A DNA stretch of 64,000 nt, from the IMG/VR virus record IMGVR_UViG_3300043077_000092; one strand, given 5' to 3'. This document shows, piece after piece, positions 1 through 10,135 of this stretch. The notes under the pieces were generated by a model. The model was not told the DNA's origin, did not search any database, and saw only the letters and a program-made list of their open reading frames with translations. This DNA is from a virus (Duplodnaviria > Caudoviricetes). Position 1 is the stretch's first letter, and each line of letters begins with the position of its first letter. Position numbers and translations under genes: made by a program.

Positions 1-556
1 ACATATCAAGTCGATACATGAAGTTTACATTCTGCCCAAATCCATAGTTGTCAAACTTATCATATGATGTTGGTCTTGTAAGCGTTGTTCCTTTCTCAAG
101 TACGTCTCCTTCTTTAAGGTTATCCAGTACGTGATGGTCATACTGAAATCCATATTTTTCAGGAAGGTTTTGTACATCCTGCTTATAAATCAAATCATAC
201 TCATCTCTTTCTCTATTATAGAAGATAATGAGTGCAGGTTGAGTCTTACTGTCAATTTTTAGTTTGTCGAACTTCGGGATAATCTTCCATACTTCCAAAT
301 CAGACTTGGCGATTACGTTATACGTGGAACGATGTCCAAACATATTTTCTGAGTTGGTGAATACATATGGAAACTCCGTATTCTCAACAACCACTCTCTG
401 CAACTGATGATTAACATCCATGATGGTTCTGGATGAGTCAATGTATGCAGGGAATGTCAATGAACTGATACCAAGTATTGAGTTATCCCCCTCATACTGT
501 TTCTGTTTCTCCTCCAACACCTGCTGAAGAAGAACTCTGCTTTGTGTTAAAGCCAT
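1..556 (-). CDS. Split RNA polymerase beta-like subunit, C-terminal-half type (runs off the window edge)
   Basis: Hand translation from ATG 556 (RBS AGGAGG): MALTQSRV...FPAYIDSSRTIMDVNHQLQRVV...DNYGFGQNVNFMY. This resembles RpoB DANRALMGSNMQRQAV and GQNMRVAFM. Absent from the ORF track because it is truncated. Confidence 0.8.
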   Translation of the reverse strand, partial: MALTQSRVLLQQVLEEKQKQYEGDNSILGISSLTFPAYIDSSRTIMDVNHQLQRVVVENTEFPYVFTNSENMFGHRSTYNVIAKSDLEVWKIIPKFDKLKIDSKTQPALIIFYNRERDEYDLIYKQDVQNLPEKYGFQYDHHVLDNLKEGDVLEKGTTLTRPTSYDKFDNYGFGQNVNFMYRLDM

Positions 557-579
557 AATTTTATCCTCCTATCATGTCT

Positions 580-951
580 CTATAATTTCGTGACTTTAAA
601 TTTAAATTCCTGATGTTTATATCCATATACATACAACGCACAATGGTCACACCCAACTGTATCATATATAACACATTTCTTACAAATGGTAGACCTGTAG
701 TTGTTATCAGGGTCTTCATCAGTTCCCTTTTCATCTACTTTTGGTTTAGGTATATCCGTTTCTTCTTTAAATATATTTGATTCTTCCTGTTCTCTCTGAA
801 TAGGACGTAACGGCTGACCCTGTACTACTTCCGTTACGGAAGTAGTAACTGGGGCTAATCTTTTTGTTGTAACCGAGGTCACCTCAGACTTTGTTTCATC
901 TTTTTTTGTCTCATCGGGTAAAGGTGACTCGTGTACCATTATATCTATCAT
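580..951 (-). CDS. Hypothetical protein with C-terminal Cys cluster
   Basis: ORF 580..972; RBS AAGGAG favours the ATG at 951; CKKC...CDHC. Confidence 0.6.
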   Translation of the reverse strand: MIDIMVHESPLPDETKKDETKSEVTSVTTKRLAPVTTSVTEVVQGQPLRPIQREQEESNIFKEETDIPKPKVDEKGTDEDPDNNYRSTICKKCVIYDTVGCDHCALYVYGYKHQEFKFKVTKL

Positions 952-999
952 GTCTGGTCTCCTTTCTGTCATTACTTTAATATAGTTTCGACATAAGTA

Positions 1000-2253
1000 T
1001 TATTTCACTGAGAACATTTCTCTCATTAACTTCTTAGTTTCAAGCTTGCTTGAACCACCACGAATGATGTCCTTATCGTTTGATATATCTACAATAGGAA
1101 TTAAGTTCATCAGTGGTTCCCTGCACTCTGTGAACAATGCTCTTATGAGGTCAGGCTTATCTGCAAACTCCTTTATGATATATCTGGTATCGAACTTCAC
1201 CTCAGGAGTAGAAGTAAAGTAGCAACCCGGATTTCTTCCAGAGATTAATCCTTTTTCCTTTGCAAATCTCATCAGAGTAATTCTTGAGTCAAATCCAGAC
1301 TCCTGAACAAATTCCATTGTAGTTGAGAAACCACCCTTTGATGTACGAGACTTAATGACATAAGCCTCTGTTGGAACTCCATTCCAACCGTTGACATCTT
1401 CTGTCTTAATATCATCTTTTGATGTAAGTGGTTTAAAGTAGATAATGGAAGATGACAATAACTTTATCTTGTCTCCGCCTGACATATACTTCCCCGATGG
1501 CATAAACGTCATCTGTTTTGGTTTCTGCATACCAGTCATAGTTGGCATTGCATCACCCAAGTGATTGATTACGAACACGTTGATATTGTACCGATACATA
1601 TAGTCCAATGCATTTCTAAAAAATACACCGTTATATATAGCACTTCTACTGCCAGAGGTTAATCCATTAATCATATCAGTAGCCTCTTTCTCTGACATGA
1701 ATTTCATAAGAGAGTCAATGATAATAACCGTTGGAACATAGTAACGATACTCATTTCCCCAGATATCGTGCTGACCTGTATTGTACTTTGCAGTCTCACC
1801 CTTCGCCTCTTTCTCATTGGCAATCTCAATAATCTCTGCAAGTACATTCTCCCACGTACAGTTATCTTTCTCTATATTATAACAAGCCGCAATCTTCTCC
1901 TCGTCCCAGCCACTTACAGCCTGAACACGAGCATAACTTGTACTCTTCTCTCCATCTCTGTGAATAACATAAGCTTCTTCTCCAAATGGTTCAACGATAT
2001 TACAAGCCGCCTGAATTGCCGCTGTTGTTTTACCACTTGAAGTCTGACCAGAAAAGATAGTAAATGTACCAGCAGGAATTCCGACATGAATATCTTTGAT
2101 AATCTCTCCGTCTGGTCTTTTTCTAATATATACTGCACCAAGCATCTGATCTAATACGGGAAACCCCATAGAATATGAGATGGAAATCTCATTACTTGAG
2201 AATAAACCCTTCTTTTCATTCTTTTCTTTTAACTCTTGTAACGCACTTGGCAT
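1000..2253 (-). CDS. uvsX: RecA/UvsX-like recombinase
   Basis: Walker A GQTSSGKTT, DGEKS, Walker B IIIDSL, VINH, SGGDKIK; RBS AAGGAG. Confidence 0.85.
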   Translation of the reverse strand: MPSALQELKEKNEKKGLFSSNEISISYSMGFPVLDQMLGAVYIRKRPDGEIIKDIHVGIPAGTFTIFSGQTSSGKTTAAIQAACNIVEPFGEEAYVIHRDGEKSTSYARVQAVSGWDEEKIAACYNIEKDNCTWENVLAEIIEIANEKEAKGETAKYNTGQHDIWGNEYRYYVPTVIIIDSLMKFMSEKEATDMINGLTSGSRSAIYNGVFFRNALDYMYRYNINVFVINHLGDAMPTMTGMQKPKQMTFMPSGKYMSGGDKIKLLSSSIIYFKPLTSKDDIKTEDVNGWNGVPTEAYVIKSRTSKGGFSTTMEFVQESGFDSRITLMRFAKEKGLISGRNPGCYFTSTPEVKFDTRYIIKEFADKPDLIRALFTECREPLMNLIPIVDISNDKDIIRGGSSKLETKKLMREMFSVK

Positions 2254-2406
2254 AACTTAAAGTCTCCTTTCGTTGTTTATTTCTAAATAGATGTATTTTA
2301 CATTGTTATTCTTAAGACAATACAAAAAAAAGAAACAGAGAAGAGTATCGGTAATTAACCGAACCCTTCTCTGTAATATATCTAAAAATTGCGGGATCAC
2401 TGATTC

Positions 2407-3348
2407 TTAACGCTGTCCGTTACGTCTGAAGTTCTTACCACTTCCACCTTTGTTGGAAGTGTTGTCATTTCTGTACTTGGAGGGGAACTTTACACTTGGG
2501 TTTCCGTTTCCACGGGAGTATCCGTTGTTGTTACCACCTCTGCCGTTTCCATTCTTTGCGTTAAAGTTTCCTTTGCCGTGTTTCTGATGATGGTCTTCAT
2601 CTCTGGACTCTTCAGATCTTCTTGCTGAAGTACCCTTCTCGGACTTCTCGTTTAAGATACGCTCGGATTCATCAAGATAATCCTTTGCAGTCTGGGCATC
2701 AACCTCAACAATCTGGTTCTTCACAACCTTGTTCTCGGTTCTTGATCCTAACTGGATTCCGCCGTAGATCTTCTCACCCTGCTCAATGTACATGTAAACA
2801 GGGAACTTGAGATTTGACCAGATGGGCCACTTAACCATAATAAGGGCGATCTGATAATCATCAGTGGATACGATAACCGGCTTACCTGCAAGATTTCTGC
2901 CGTCTACTCTTACGTAAATATTCTCGTCCCCTTCATCCTTAGGGCAAATAAGAACGATCATATCTCTCGGGTATCTCTTTGGTTTGTCACCATCTTCCGC
3001 ATTCTCTTCTACGAGATTCACGTTGATTGGTACAGTAGGATTACCATCCTTTGTCTCGCAGACAAGAGCAATCTTCTCACCCTTTACATAAGCTGCGATT
3101 TCAGTCGGTTTCTCAGCCAAAGCTGTCGATGCCGCATTGTCCACCTTGTATAAGGTATTTGTAACCTTTCCTACATTCTCGATGGAATGTCTGATACTTG
3201 TGGCAAGTCCCGGAACGCTTGACTTTAAGATGTCTACTTCCTCATCATTGGGAAGTATAAGAGTAACCCCACAGTCGTCATTTTCTGTTCTCATGCAAAT
3301 CCCAAAATTGGAATTTGGTTCATCTGTTAAATTTTTGATGAATAGCAT
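2407..3348 (-). CDS. Hypothetical protein with G/N/R-rich disordered C-terminal tail
   Basis: 313-aa ORF with RBS GGAGG, upstream ACA-N6-TA motif and downstream terminator. Confidence 0.7.
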   Translation of the reverse strand: MLFIKNLTDEPNSNFGICMRTENDDCGVTLILPNDEEVDILKSSVPGLATSIRHSIENVGKVTNTLYKVDNAASTALAEKPTEIAAYVKGEKIALVCETKDGNPTVPINVNLVEENAEDGDKPKRYPRDMIVLICPKDEGDENIYVRVDGRNLAGKPVIVSTDDYQIALIMVKWPIWSNLKFPVYMYIEQGEKIYGGIQLGSRTENKVVKNQIVEVDAQTAKDYLDESERILNEKSEKGTSARRSEESRDEDHHQKHGKGNFNAKNGNGRGGNNNGYSRGNGNPSVKFPSKYRNDNTSNKGGSGKNFRRNGQR

Positions 3349-3474
3349 TTAATATTACCTCCAAATATGTATGTTTTTGCCAAGTACCTACCATTGGCAA
3401 TTAATTTTCTGTTATATTACTGATAAAATATTATACTGAATCCCCCGTATAGTTCTATCAACTTAGTGAAAAAA

Positions 3475-3511
3475 TATTTCCCGAGTGCATTAAATTCACA
3501 CTCGGGAAATA
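3475..3511 (-). terminator. Intrinsic terminator
   Basis: TATTTCCCGAGTG/CACTCGGGAAATA stem with adjacent U tract on minus. Confidence 0.7.
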
Positions 3512-3534
3512 AGTTCCCATATAGAAATTGTTCG

Positions 3535-4728
3535 TTACGCCAGATAGGTCATCGCCTCTGAATCCTCATCCAATACCTGCATCAAGCCCTTCTTCACGTT
3601 ATCGAACTTAGATGCATCTGTCGATACGAAGATTGTCTTGAGTGCGGTATCATGCTTACGAATAATCTTTACATAAGTCAGGACGTAAGCGATATCCTTG
3701 ATGTCATACTCATCCAACTTGGTGTAAAGCATCTTGATGAAGTCCTTATATACGGCTTCCTGAACATCCGATTCAAATGTTTCTTTAACCGGTGTTGTCA
3801 GGTATTTACCGATAACTTTAAGTGCGGTCTTGCTCTTACCGAAGAACTTTGTATAGAGCATCCCCTGAACCTCATAGTTGAGAACATCCATATTGTCCTC
3901 TGCGTGACTCAGCATCTTATCAAGGAATCTTCCATAGAACGCATCAATGTTCGAACCGTTCCATTCAGTTCCAACCATCGGCATTGCAATGATAAGATCC
4001 AGTGCTAAGTCTTTGGTAACACCCGTCTCCTCAACGATCTCATTGATCTCAGGCTTCCACATACGTGGGAGAATAACCGTTGCATACTTGCGGACTGTAT
4101 CTCCGTGCATAGCCTCGTATCTGGTCTCCAGAGCAATTGACAATGCAAATGCAATGTTTCTCCAGATTCTGTCATAGGTTCCATCCTCTGACCAAACCCC
4201 AGACTCTAACGTACTGTCAAGTGCGTTTGCAAACTGGGATGTACAGATAGTCTTGATTAGGCGGTTCGCTGCATCAATATACATCGGACCATTCTTCTGA
4301 TTGTAGTATCCTTTGATATGCTTAATCGCATCCGGAAACTCATCGATAACAACATCTCTCATTCTCTTGAAATCCTGACTGCTGTCTGTGAAGTCATCGC
4401 AGAATGCATTGATGACACCGGCTCTGCGATCATCTCTCTCCTGAAGAACCTGCTCAGTCTTATCAGACTTGTCCTCATTATTCATAGACTCTCTGATTTC
4501 ATCTGTCAGATAAGACGATCTCATGAACTGATAATCATCATTCGAATATCCTCTCTTGCGATCGTTCTGGTTGTTGTTTCCGTTGTTGTTCTGGTTGTTC
4601 TGAAAGAACCCGCCATTGTTACCGTTCTGACGGTTGTTATTCTTCCGTCCGTTGTTGTTACCATTGTTACCTCTGCGATTGTCAAACGATTCTCCATCCA
4701 GTGTAACTTTTCCATCCATTAAACTCAT
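3535..4728 (-). CDS. Hypothetical protein with N/G/R-rich N-terminal tail
   Basis: 397-aa ORF, RBS AGGAGG, TATATTAA upstream. Confidence 0.75.
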   Translation of the reverse strand: MSLMDGKVTLDGESFDNRRGNNGNNNGRKNNNRQNGNNGGFFQNNQNNNGNNNQNDRKRGYSNDDYQFMRSSYLTDEIRESMNNEDKSDKTEQVLQERDDRRAGVINAFCDDFTDSSQDFKRMRDVVIDEFPDAIKHIKGYYNQKNGPMYIDAANRLIKTICTSQFANALDSTLESGVWSEDGTYDRIWRNIAFALSIALETRYEAMHGDTVRKYATVILPRMWKPEINEIVEETGVTKDLALDLIIAMPMVGTEWNGSNIDAFYGRFLDKMLSHAEDNMDVLNYEVQGMLYTKFFGKSKTALKVIGKYLTTPVKETFESDVQEAVYKDFIKMLYTKLDEYDIKDIAYVLTYVKIIRKHDTALKTIFVSTDASKFDNVKKGLMQVLDEDSEAMTYLA

Positions 4729-4836
4729 TTCTTATTACCTCCTTAAAATTTGATTCTGTATGCTTTTAACTTATTTTAGGACGAGATGGAAACGGTTTTC
4801 CATCTCGCCTATGTATTCTTTTAATATAGGTCTGAA

Positions 4837-6084
4837 TTACTTCCCAGCATTCTTCTTATCCATAAAACGCTTGAGTAAATCTTCCTTTGAAGCATCCCCA
4901 TCCTTTGATGCATTGACGGCTGATGTCTCGTCGGCAAAACTCTGCTTTGCTGTAACTGATTTAAGCTTTGAGCTTTCCTCAATCTTGCTAAGCTTTGAAG
5001 TTGCTGCCTTTCTTGATAAGATGCTTTCTTCCAACTTCTTGCTTCTGTTGATGATGCGGTCAATAACCATTGCAGGTTCGGTTAAGCCCGATAATACAAC
5101 AGCGATTTTTCCCTCATCCTCATCGGAGAAGTTTGTAACATCCTTGATATGCTCGCCAAATGTTTTCTGCAAATCATTCTTGATGGCACTCTTAACCGAA
5201 TCGAATTCCTCACCGAGTGAGTACATCAATGCTGATGCTAAGATTTCCTTATCAGAAACCAGTTCTGCATGAGCAGACTCTGTATCGATATGGTTCTTTA
5301 AGGTTTTAATCACAGAACCATCTTCAATGTCTGCCATCTCAAGACCTTCCATAGAATCGATAACGATTCTGCCTGCAACCGATAATACTGTAAGCATATC
5401 ACGCTGGTCGATACCACCTGTTCTTGTCTCGCTAATGAAATCGCCCTGAAGAACTCTCAGGTCATTTACAAACGATTCGTTTACTTTTGCCGCTGCCTTG
5501 TTTGGCGACATCTTGTCAGCAAAACGATTGTTATCGTAGATCATATAGGTCGGGTTCAATGCTCCGATTTCCTTAAGCCAAGACTTTGTACCCTCGAACG
5601 CTGCCGAACCTTCGTCAGAGAAGGGTAACACACCTGCAACGATGAAAACCTTATTCTCGTACATAGACTGGAGTAACTCCAACAACTCTGTTGAAGAACC
5701 TGATCCATAACCGCCGCCAGTACTGGTGGCAATAACGATAACGTCATTGTTCTCGATAACTTTGATAAACTTGTTATCAAGTACGATTCCGGAATCTGCA
5801 AGGAAGAACTGCTTTGCACGATCTCTGTCCTTTCCTGTACCTTTCCCATCACCTACTACAATTTTTACTACTTTCGGGCAAGTGATCAGATCCAAATCTT
5901 TCTGGGAACCATTGATAGCTACACTATCTAACCCCAACTCTTCAGATGCTGATGATGCCAACATGGAACCGCAATTACCTGTTCCGATAACCGCAAGTCT
6001 TAACAACTTCTCCTGCTCAACAGGAGTACTTGCTACTACTGTTGGTACAGTTGTTGTACCTGTTGTTGTTTCCTTTTCACTCAT
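4837..6084 (-). CDS. Tubulin/FtsZ-family GTPase (PhuZ/TubZ-like)
   Basis: GTGNCG, GTGKD and the tubulin signature STGGGYGSG; PFSDEG, YDNN, IDQRD. RBS GGAGG places the start at 6084. Confidence 0.9.
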   Translation of the reverse strand: MSEKETTTGTTTVPTVVASTPVEQEKLLRLAVIGTGNCGSMLASSASEELGLDSVAINGSQKDLDLITCPKVVKIVVGDGKGTGKDRDRAKQFFLADSGIVLDNKFIKVIENNDVIVIATSTGGGYGSGSSTELLELLQSMYENKVFIVAGVLPFSDEGSAAFEGTKSWLKEIGALNPTYMIYDNNRFADKMSPNKAAAKVNESFVNDLRVLQGDFISETRTGGIDQRDMLTVLSVAGRIVIDSMEGLEMADIEDGSVIKTLKNHIDTESAHAELVSDKEILASALMYSLGEEFDSVKSAIKNDLQKTFGEHIKDVTNFSDEDEGKIAVVLSGLTEPAMVIDRIINRSKKLEESILSRKAATSKLSKIEESSKLKSVTAKQSFADETSAVNASKDGDASKEDLLKRFMDKKNAGK

Positions 6085-6138
6085 GATAAATTTACCTCCA
6101 TAATATGTATGTTTCTTGGTATGTCTAAAGACCAAGAG

Positions 6139-6212
6139 TCCTATTAATCGGATTCGAACCGATTTTCACAGCACTTAATTTGATGTGAATACTCCATTTA
6201 GATTTTAATAGG
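6139..6212 (-). ncRNA. tRNA-like element (pseudo-tRNA, anticodon not assignable)
   Basis: 7-bp acceptor stem CCTATTA/TAATAGG and perfect T arm ATCGG-TTCGAAT-CCGAT. The D arm is weak, the middle stem TTCACA/TGTGAA has a 13-nt loop, and there is no CCA. Confidence 0.6.
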
Positions 6213-6391
6213 CTATATGAAATTGATTACTCCATATAATCGAGAGGCAACCCTTATTGCTAAGAATTACCTCCCATTATAAGTGTACGGGTGATGAACC
6301 CCGTGATGTATACCCATTGTCGCCGTACATAAGAAACATACAGAATTTGGAGTTCGTTTGTTTAACTCATCACGGTTATTTCATCATCAGT

Positions 6392-6399
6392 TTAATATA
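6392..6399 (-). promoter_or_regulatory. Early-type promoter motif TATATTAA (representative copy)
   Basis: Exact copies at 977, 4781, 6392, 8780, 16181, 39512, 40085, 52272, 61158 and 62304, all upstream of minus-strand genes. Confidence 0.7.
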
Positions 6400-6474
6400 T
6401 AACTAAAACAAAAGTTGATAGAGTATGGTAACTGATTTTTCTGGTATTACTCAGTCACCATACTCTAAATCCAT

Positions 6475-6675
6475 TTATTCTTCCGTTGTATATCCAACCA
6501 TAGTTGGTCCAACCATAGCCCCCGGAATGGACTCAATACCTGCAACTTCCATTGTTGCTGCAAGACCCGGAAGTGTTCCGCTAGTAGCTACTCCAGCGTT
6601 TGTATACATATTCTGGTTATCATTTGGTACGTTGTTTCCACTACATCCGTAGTGGTTGTCAAATGCATTACTCAT
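6475..6675 (-). CDS. Small hypothetical protein
   Basis: RBS AAGGAGG before ATG 6675; overlaps the upstream stop codon. Confidence 0.55.
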   Translation of the reverse strand: MSNAFDNHYGCSGNNVPNDNQNMYTNAGVATSGTLPGLAATMEVAGIESIPGAMVGPTMVGYTTEE

Positions 6676-7240
6676 CGATAGATCCTCCTTCATCATTTTG
6701 ATTATCTGCTTGTTCACTCATACGTTTATTAAACTCCCGCATGATATTTTCTGAAGCATCTTTCATAAATGAATTGCTGTCACCTGATGTAACAAATGGA
6801 ACCTGACCCGGTTTTGCCAATTGCTTATTGAGTAAAGCAACGCCTTCTGATTTCTTCTCGGCATTTTTCTTATCAATAGCTTTCTTAGCCTCTGTATCAT
6901 ACACGATAAATGCATTTACAACAGGTATTCCATAATGTTCAGCACTAATGGTTGCGCCGATGTTATCAATGATACCATGCCAATTTAATGAGACCTTAAG
7001 CATCTGGTCAATATAGACCGTTGCCGTTATGTCTCCATTAGCGATACGTCTGATATTGTAAGCCTCCCCCATTTTATTGTCAGAATCCACAACCAATTGT
7101 TCTTTTGGATTATGGAGATACTGATATATGATAGGAATCGATTTGTTTCTTTTACAAGCACGCAGAAGAGCAGTCAATACATCCTTATTCATAGTCTTTT
7201 GTTGTTTAGCCGATCTTATGACGACATTATCTACAATCAT
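6668..7240 (-). CDS. Hypothetical protein
   Basis: 190-aa ORF, ATGA-coupled to the upstream gene. Confidence 0.65.
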   Translation of the reverse strand: MIVDNVVIRSAKQQKTMNKDVLTALLRACKRNKSIPIIYQYLHNPKEQLVVDSDNKMGEAYNIRRIANGDITATVYIDQMLKVSLNWHGIIDNIGATISAEHYGIPVVNAFIVYDTEAKKAIDKKNAEKKSEGVALLNKQLAKPGQVPFVTSGDSNSFMKDASENIMREFNKRMSEQADNQNDEGGSIDE

Positions 7241-7986
7241 TTCTTTTCTTCTCCCTTCTTGATGGTAGAGATTAAGAGATTGCTTGGAGTTATCAAGTCC
7301 GTTCCAAGACCAGCAGTCATATAGTAAGTATCAATGGTTTCAAGAGCAAGTCTATCTTCAATACCTGCCTGAGATTCAATATCCTCTAATGAACATGAAC
7401 CTGTCTTGGCAATTTGAGCATAAGCATAATTCTTACGCTGTAAACCATCTGCTCTAAAACCATTAAGTTCTCTCAATATGTTAGTTGCACCAATAACTGT
7501 GAGGGCTATATTCTCCTGATCAGACGAACGACCATTCTTATCGTGACCAACTACCTGACCAGTAGTAGCAGAACGCTCATCAATATGAGTTGACGTACTG
7601 TTCTTTTTGGTGTTGGTCTGCTCCATTCTCTTATCTATATAGTAACCAGTGATACATTTTTCCTTTGTCACCATTGGATTTTCCTGAGATTTTGATACGT
7701 GAGGTAATACAACATATTCTTCCAGTGGTATACCAAGAACCTTTGCCGCTTTCTCGATTTGCTCAATTTTAAGCTCACGTTCGAATTCTTTAATCTCCAA
7801 GGTGAAATCAATGTTTTCATCATCAAACATGCATTTCATAAAATTCTCAAACTTTGCATCTGACATGGTACCGAAAAGTTTTTTATATCTATTCGTATTA
7901 GTACCACTAGGGTCTAATGCATCCATTACAGAATATACCAATTGTTCCGCCTTTGCACGTTTTGACATGTCTATTTTGTAGTGCAT
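7237..7986 (-). CDS. Split RNA polymerase beta-like subunit, extreme C-terminal fragment (probably virion RNAP)
   Basis: RSATTGQVVGHDKNGRSSDQENIALTVIGATNILRELNGFRAD aligns by eye with RpoB [43 protein letters not shown]. Confidence 0.8.
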   Translation of the reverse strand: MHYKIDMSKRAKAEQLVYSVMDALDPSGTNTNRYKKLFGTMSDAKFENFMKCMFDDENIDFTLEIKEFERELKIEQIEKAAKVLGIPLEEYVVLPHVSKSQENPMVTKEKCITGYYIDKRMEQTNTKKNSTSTHIDERSATTGQVVGHDKNGRSSDQENIALTVIGATNILRELNGFRADGLQRKNYAYAQIAKTGSCSLEDIESQAGIEDRLALETIDTYYMTAGLGTDLITPSNLLISTIKKGEEKK

Positions 7987-7987
7987 A

Positions 7988-8317
7988 CTATCCCTCCTTA
8001 CGCATTTCTAAGACATTATACCCTTGTGGGCTACGAGTATAAATATCAGGGTGGTAATAAAGGTAGTTGTGACAGATAAAATCCTTTTCTTTCTGACCAA
8101 TAGTTATACTGGTACAATTGATATTATCTCCTACTTTTTCCGTAATTACAACAACTGCCGTTCTATCATCAATTGGATCATAGAAAACATCAGTTGTATT
8201 GGGCGTACTGTAAAACCAATATACCATTTCTGGTGTCGGTTCACCCAAAAAAATCCGTTCTCGACCAAAAACCTGTCGGAAAGGGGCGTTTACCGCCCCA
8301 TTCTGTTTAACTACCAT
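7988..8317 (-). CDS. Hypothetical protein
   Basis: RBS GGGAGG favours ATG 8317 over GTG 8416. Confidence 0.55.
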   Translation of the reverse strand: MVVKQNGAVNAPFRQVFGRERIFLGEPTPEMVYWFYSTPNTTDVFYDPIDDRTAVVVITEKVGDNINCTSITIGQKEKDFICHNYLYYHPDIYTRSPQGYNVLEMRKEG

Positions 8318-8336
8318 AACTCTCGCATTCCTCCCA

Positions 8337-8750
8337 TCAATCTGTGAGGTTTCCCTGTGACATGGTAAGTAGCGTTGTGAACTGCTTACTAATATAGATT
8401 CCATGCTTGGTCTCACGTATTGCCAGTTGGTTTAGCGTGGAGCCTTTTTCTACTTTCCCGTGAAGGACAATTGCATATTTACGTTTTCCTCCATTTGCAA
8501 CTGCATTTGAAATACAGTTCTTATCTTCTTTGGTGAGCTCTGTCAACTCACAATCAAAGATGAAAATGGATGCGTTCTTGTAATCATAAAATATATCAAG
8601 AACATCTGCATCCGGAAAGACCAACTCTAAGTCTTTCATGATTTTCCTGTGCTCTGCACTGGTGGTGTTTTGAAATACCATAACTAACCCGAGCTTATCG
8701 CTCGTAATGGTGATTCCGTTACCATCATTTCTGATAATCTTTAGCTTCAT
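8337..8750 (-). CDS. Hypothetical protein
   Basis: RBS AAGGAG, TATATTAA upstream. Confidence 0.65.
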   Translation of the reverse strand: MKLKIIRNDGNGITITSDKLGLVMVFQNTTSAEHRKIMKDLELVFPDADVLDIFYDYKNASIFIFDCELTELTKEDKNCISNAVANGGKRKYAIVLHGKVEKGSTLNQLAIRETKHGIYISKQFTTLLTMSQGNLTD

Positions 8751-8855
8751 ATTAATAGCTCCTTTCTGTATGTAATGGCTTAATATATTCGCTAATTTTA
8801 CATTAACAAATACGATGGTATAGACGGAATATTTCTATCCGTCTATACCAAATAT

Positions 8856-10055
8856 CTAAGCAAGTTTCTCAATTGTAAATACAAAAAACATGAATATTGC
8901 TTTTCGATAGTTACCGAGTGATCCAACAGTACTGACCTTTCTTCTCAAGTCTAATTCTTCTACCCACTTATCAAGAATACTCTTAATCTCAACGATGTTT
9001 TGATTCGTTGTATTCGACTGTCTATAGACTTTAATGCAATACACGTAAAACTTGTTCGTATGAACATCGTTTACTGATACTCCTTTGTCAGTATTACCTG
9101 TCAGATATAGTGATAGTAGACATTCAATCATACGTCGAATGTCATCTCTATTATCTTCTGATATGAGAGTTAATACACTCGTCTGTAGGGTATTTACAGA
9201 TACACTACAGTTCTTGGCAGATAGTTCAACAAGTTGTCTATCCGGACCGTTTACAACAAGGTTCGTCAATACTTTATTTGTAATACGATCTATTGCAAAG
9301 CTATCATTATCAGCCTCGTAAAAATGTTCATCACTGTAGTCATCATGTTCGGACTGTAAATAATTTCCGCTCTTGACATTCTCTCCAAATTCGTTACGTA
9401 ACTTTCTCATAAAGCTGTTGATTCTGGAAGTAGCATCGTTAATGAATTTTAAGATGTCAGTATCCGTACATCTTTCAATTCTTGGTTTATGAGTCTCATA
9501 ACAAGTAGTCATAATATCCATAAGAGCCGCAAGAATAGTCCCAGATTTCTTTAACTTAAACCTTTGGGATAGATTTGCAATTGTATAAGCCATTACAGCT
9601 TCGTTTGGAGTATACTTCCAATACTTCCAGAACATGTACTGATAGATGTTTGTAACCATATACAAAAGACCATTTCGAACCTGTAAATCATCTTTTGCTC
9701 TTTGGAAATACCGAATAGAAAGAACAATTCCAATATTGTAAGGACTATTAAAGTTCTTCCAAGCGGAATTGTTTCCTTTAACTTCTTTAAGACATTCCTT
9801 TACAGTATTATCATCCAATCCGACAGTTTCCATGAACTTGGAAACATCTGACTGAGAAAGTGCTGGTCTTTTTGAAGGTCCAATACTTGAATACTCATCA
9901 ACATGAGCCGCCATATATCTATCAATGTTCTCTTTATATTTCTTTTGATTCTGCTTATCATCCAATGACTTTGAGACTATCGGATACAATTTATCTCTAA
10001 CAACGGTTGATTCACCTTTATTACTAGATGATTTTGTGTTAGCCAATTCAATCAT
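8856..10055 (-). CDS. Hypothetical alpha-helical protein (late-type promoter)
   Basis: 399-aa ORF, RBS GAGGAG, ACA-N6-TA at 10066-10076. Confidence 0.75.
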   Translation of the reverse strand: MIELANTKSSSNKGESTVVRDKLYPIVSKSLDDKQNQKKYKENIDRYMAAHVDEYSSIGPSKRPALSQSDVSKFMETVGLDDNTVKECLKEVKGNNSAWKNFNSPYNIGIVLSIRYFQRAKDDLQVRNGLLYMVTNIYQYMFWKYWKYTPNEAVMAYTIANLSQRFKLKKSGTILAALMDIMTTCYETHKPRIERCTDTDILKFINDATSRINSFMRKLRNEFGENVKSGNYLQSEHDDYSDEHFYEADNDSFAIDRITNKVLTNLVVNGPDRQLVELSAKNCSVSVNTLQTSVLTLISEDNRDDIRRMIECLLSLYLTGNTDKGVSVNDVHTNKFYVYCIKVYRQSNTTNQNIVEIKSILDKWVEELDLRRKVSTVGSLGNYRKAIFMFFVFTIEKLA

Positions 10056-10087
10056 CTCCTCTCTTTATTCTTCTGTGGAAATAGACA

Positions 10088-10130
10088 AAAAAGAGTAAAG
10101 GGAGATTATCTCATCCCCTTTACTCTTTCT
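10088..10130 (-). terminator. Intrinsic terminator after the gyrase operon
   Basis: AAAGAGTAAAGGG/CCCTTTACTCTTT. Confidence 0.7.
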
Positions 10131-10135
10131 AATTG

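Noticed and set aside
6378-6390. CTGATGA-T-GAAA on minus as a hammerhead ribozyme core
   Set aside because: There is no room for stem II, it sits at the predicted TSS, and the bases are used in another helix
8317-8416. 80-bp overlap between ORFs 7988..8416 and 8337..8750 as a programmed frameshift
   Set aside because: An RBS (GGGAGG) with ATG at 8317 removes the overlap
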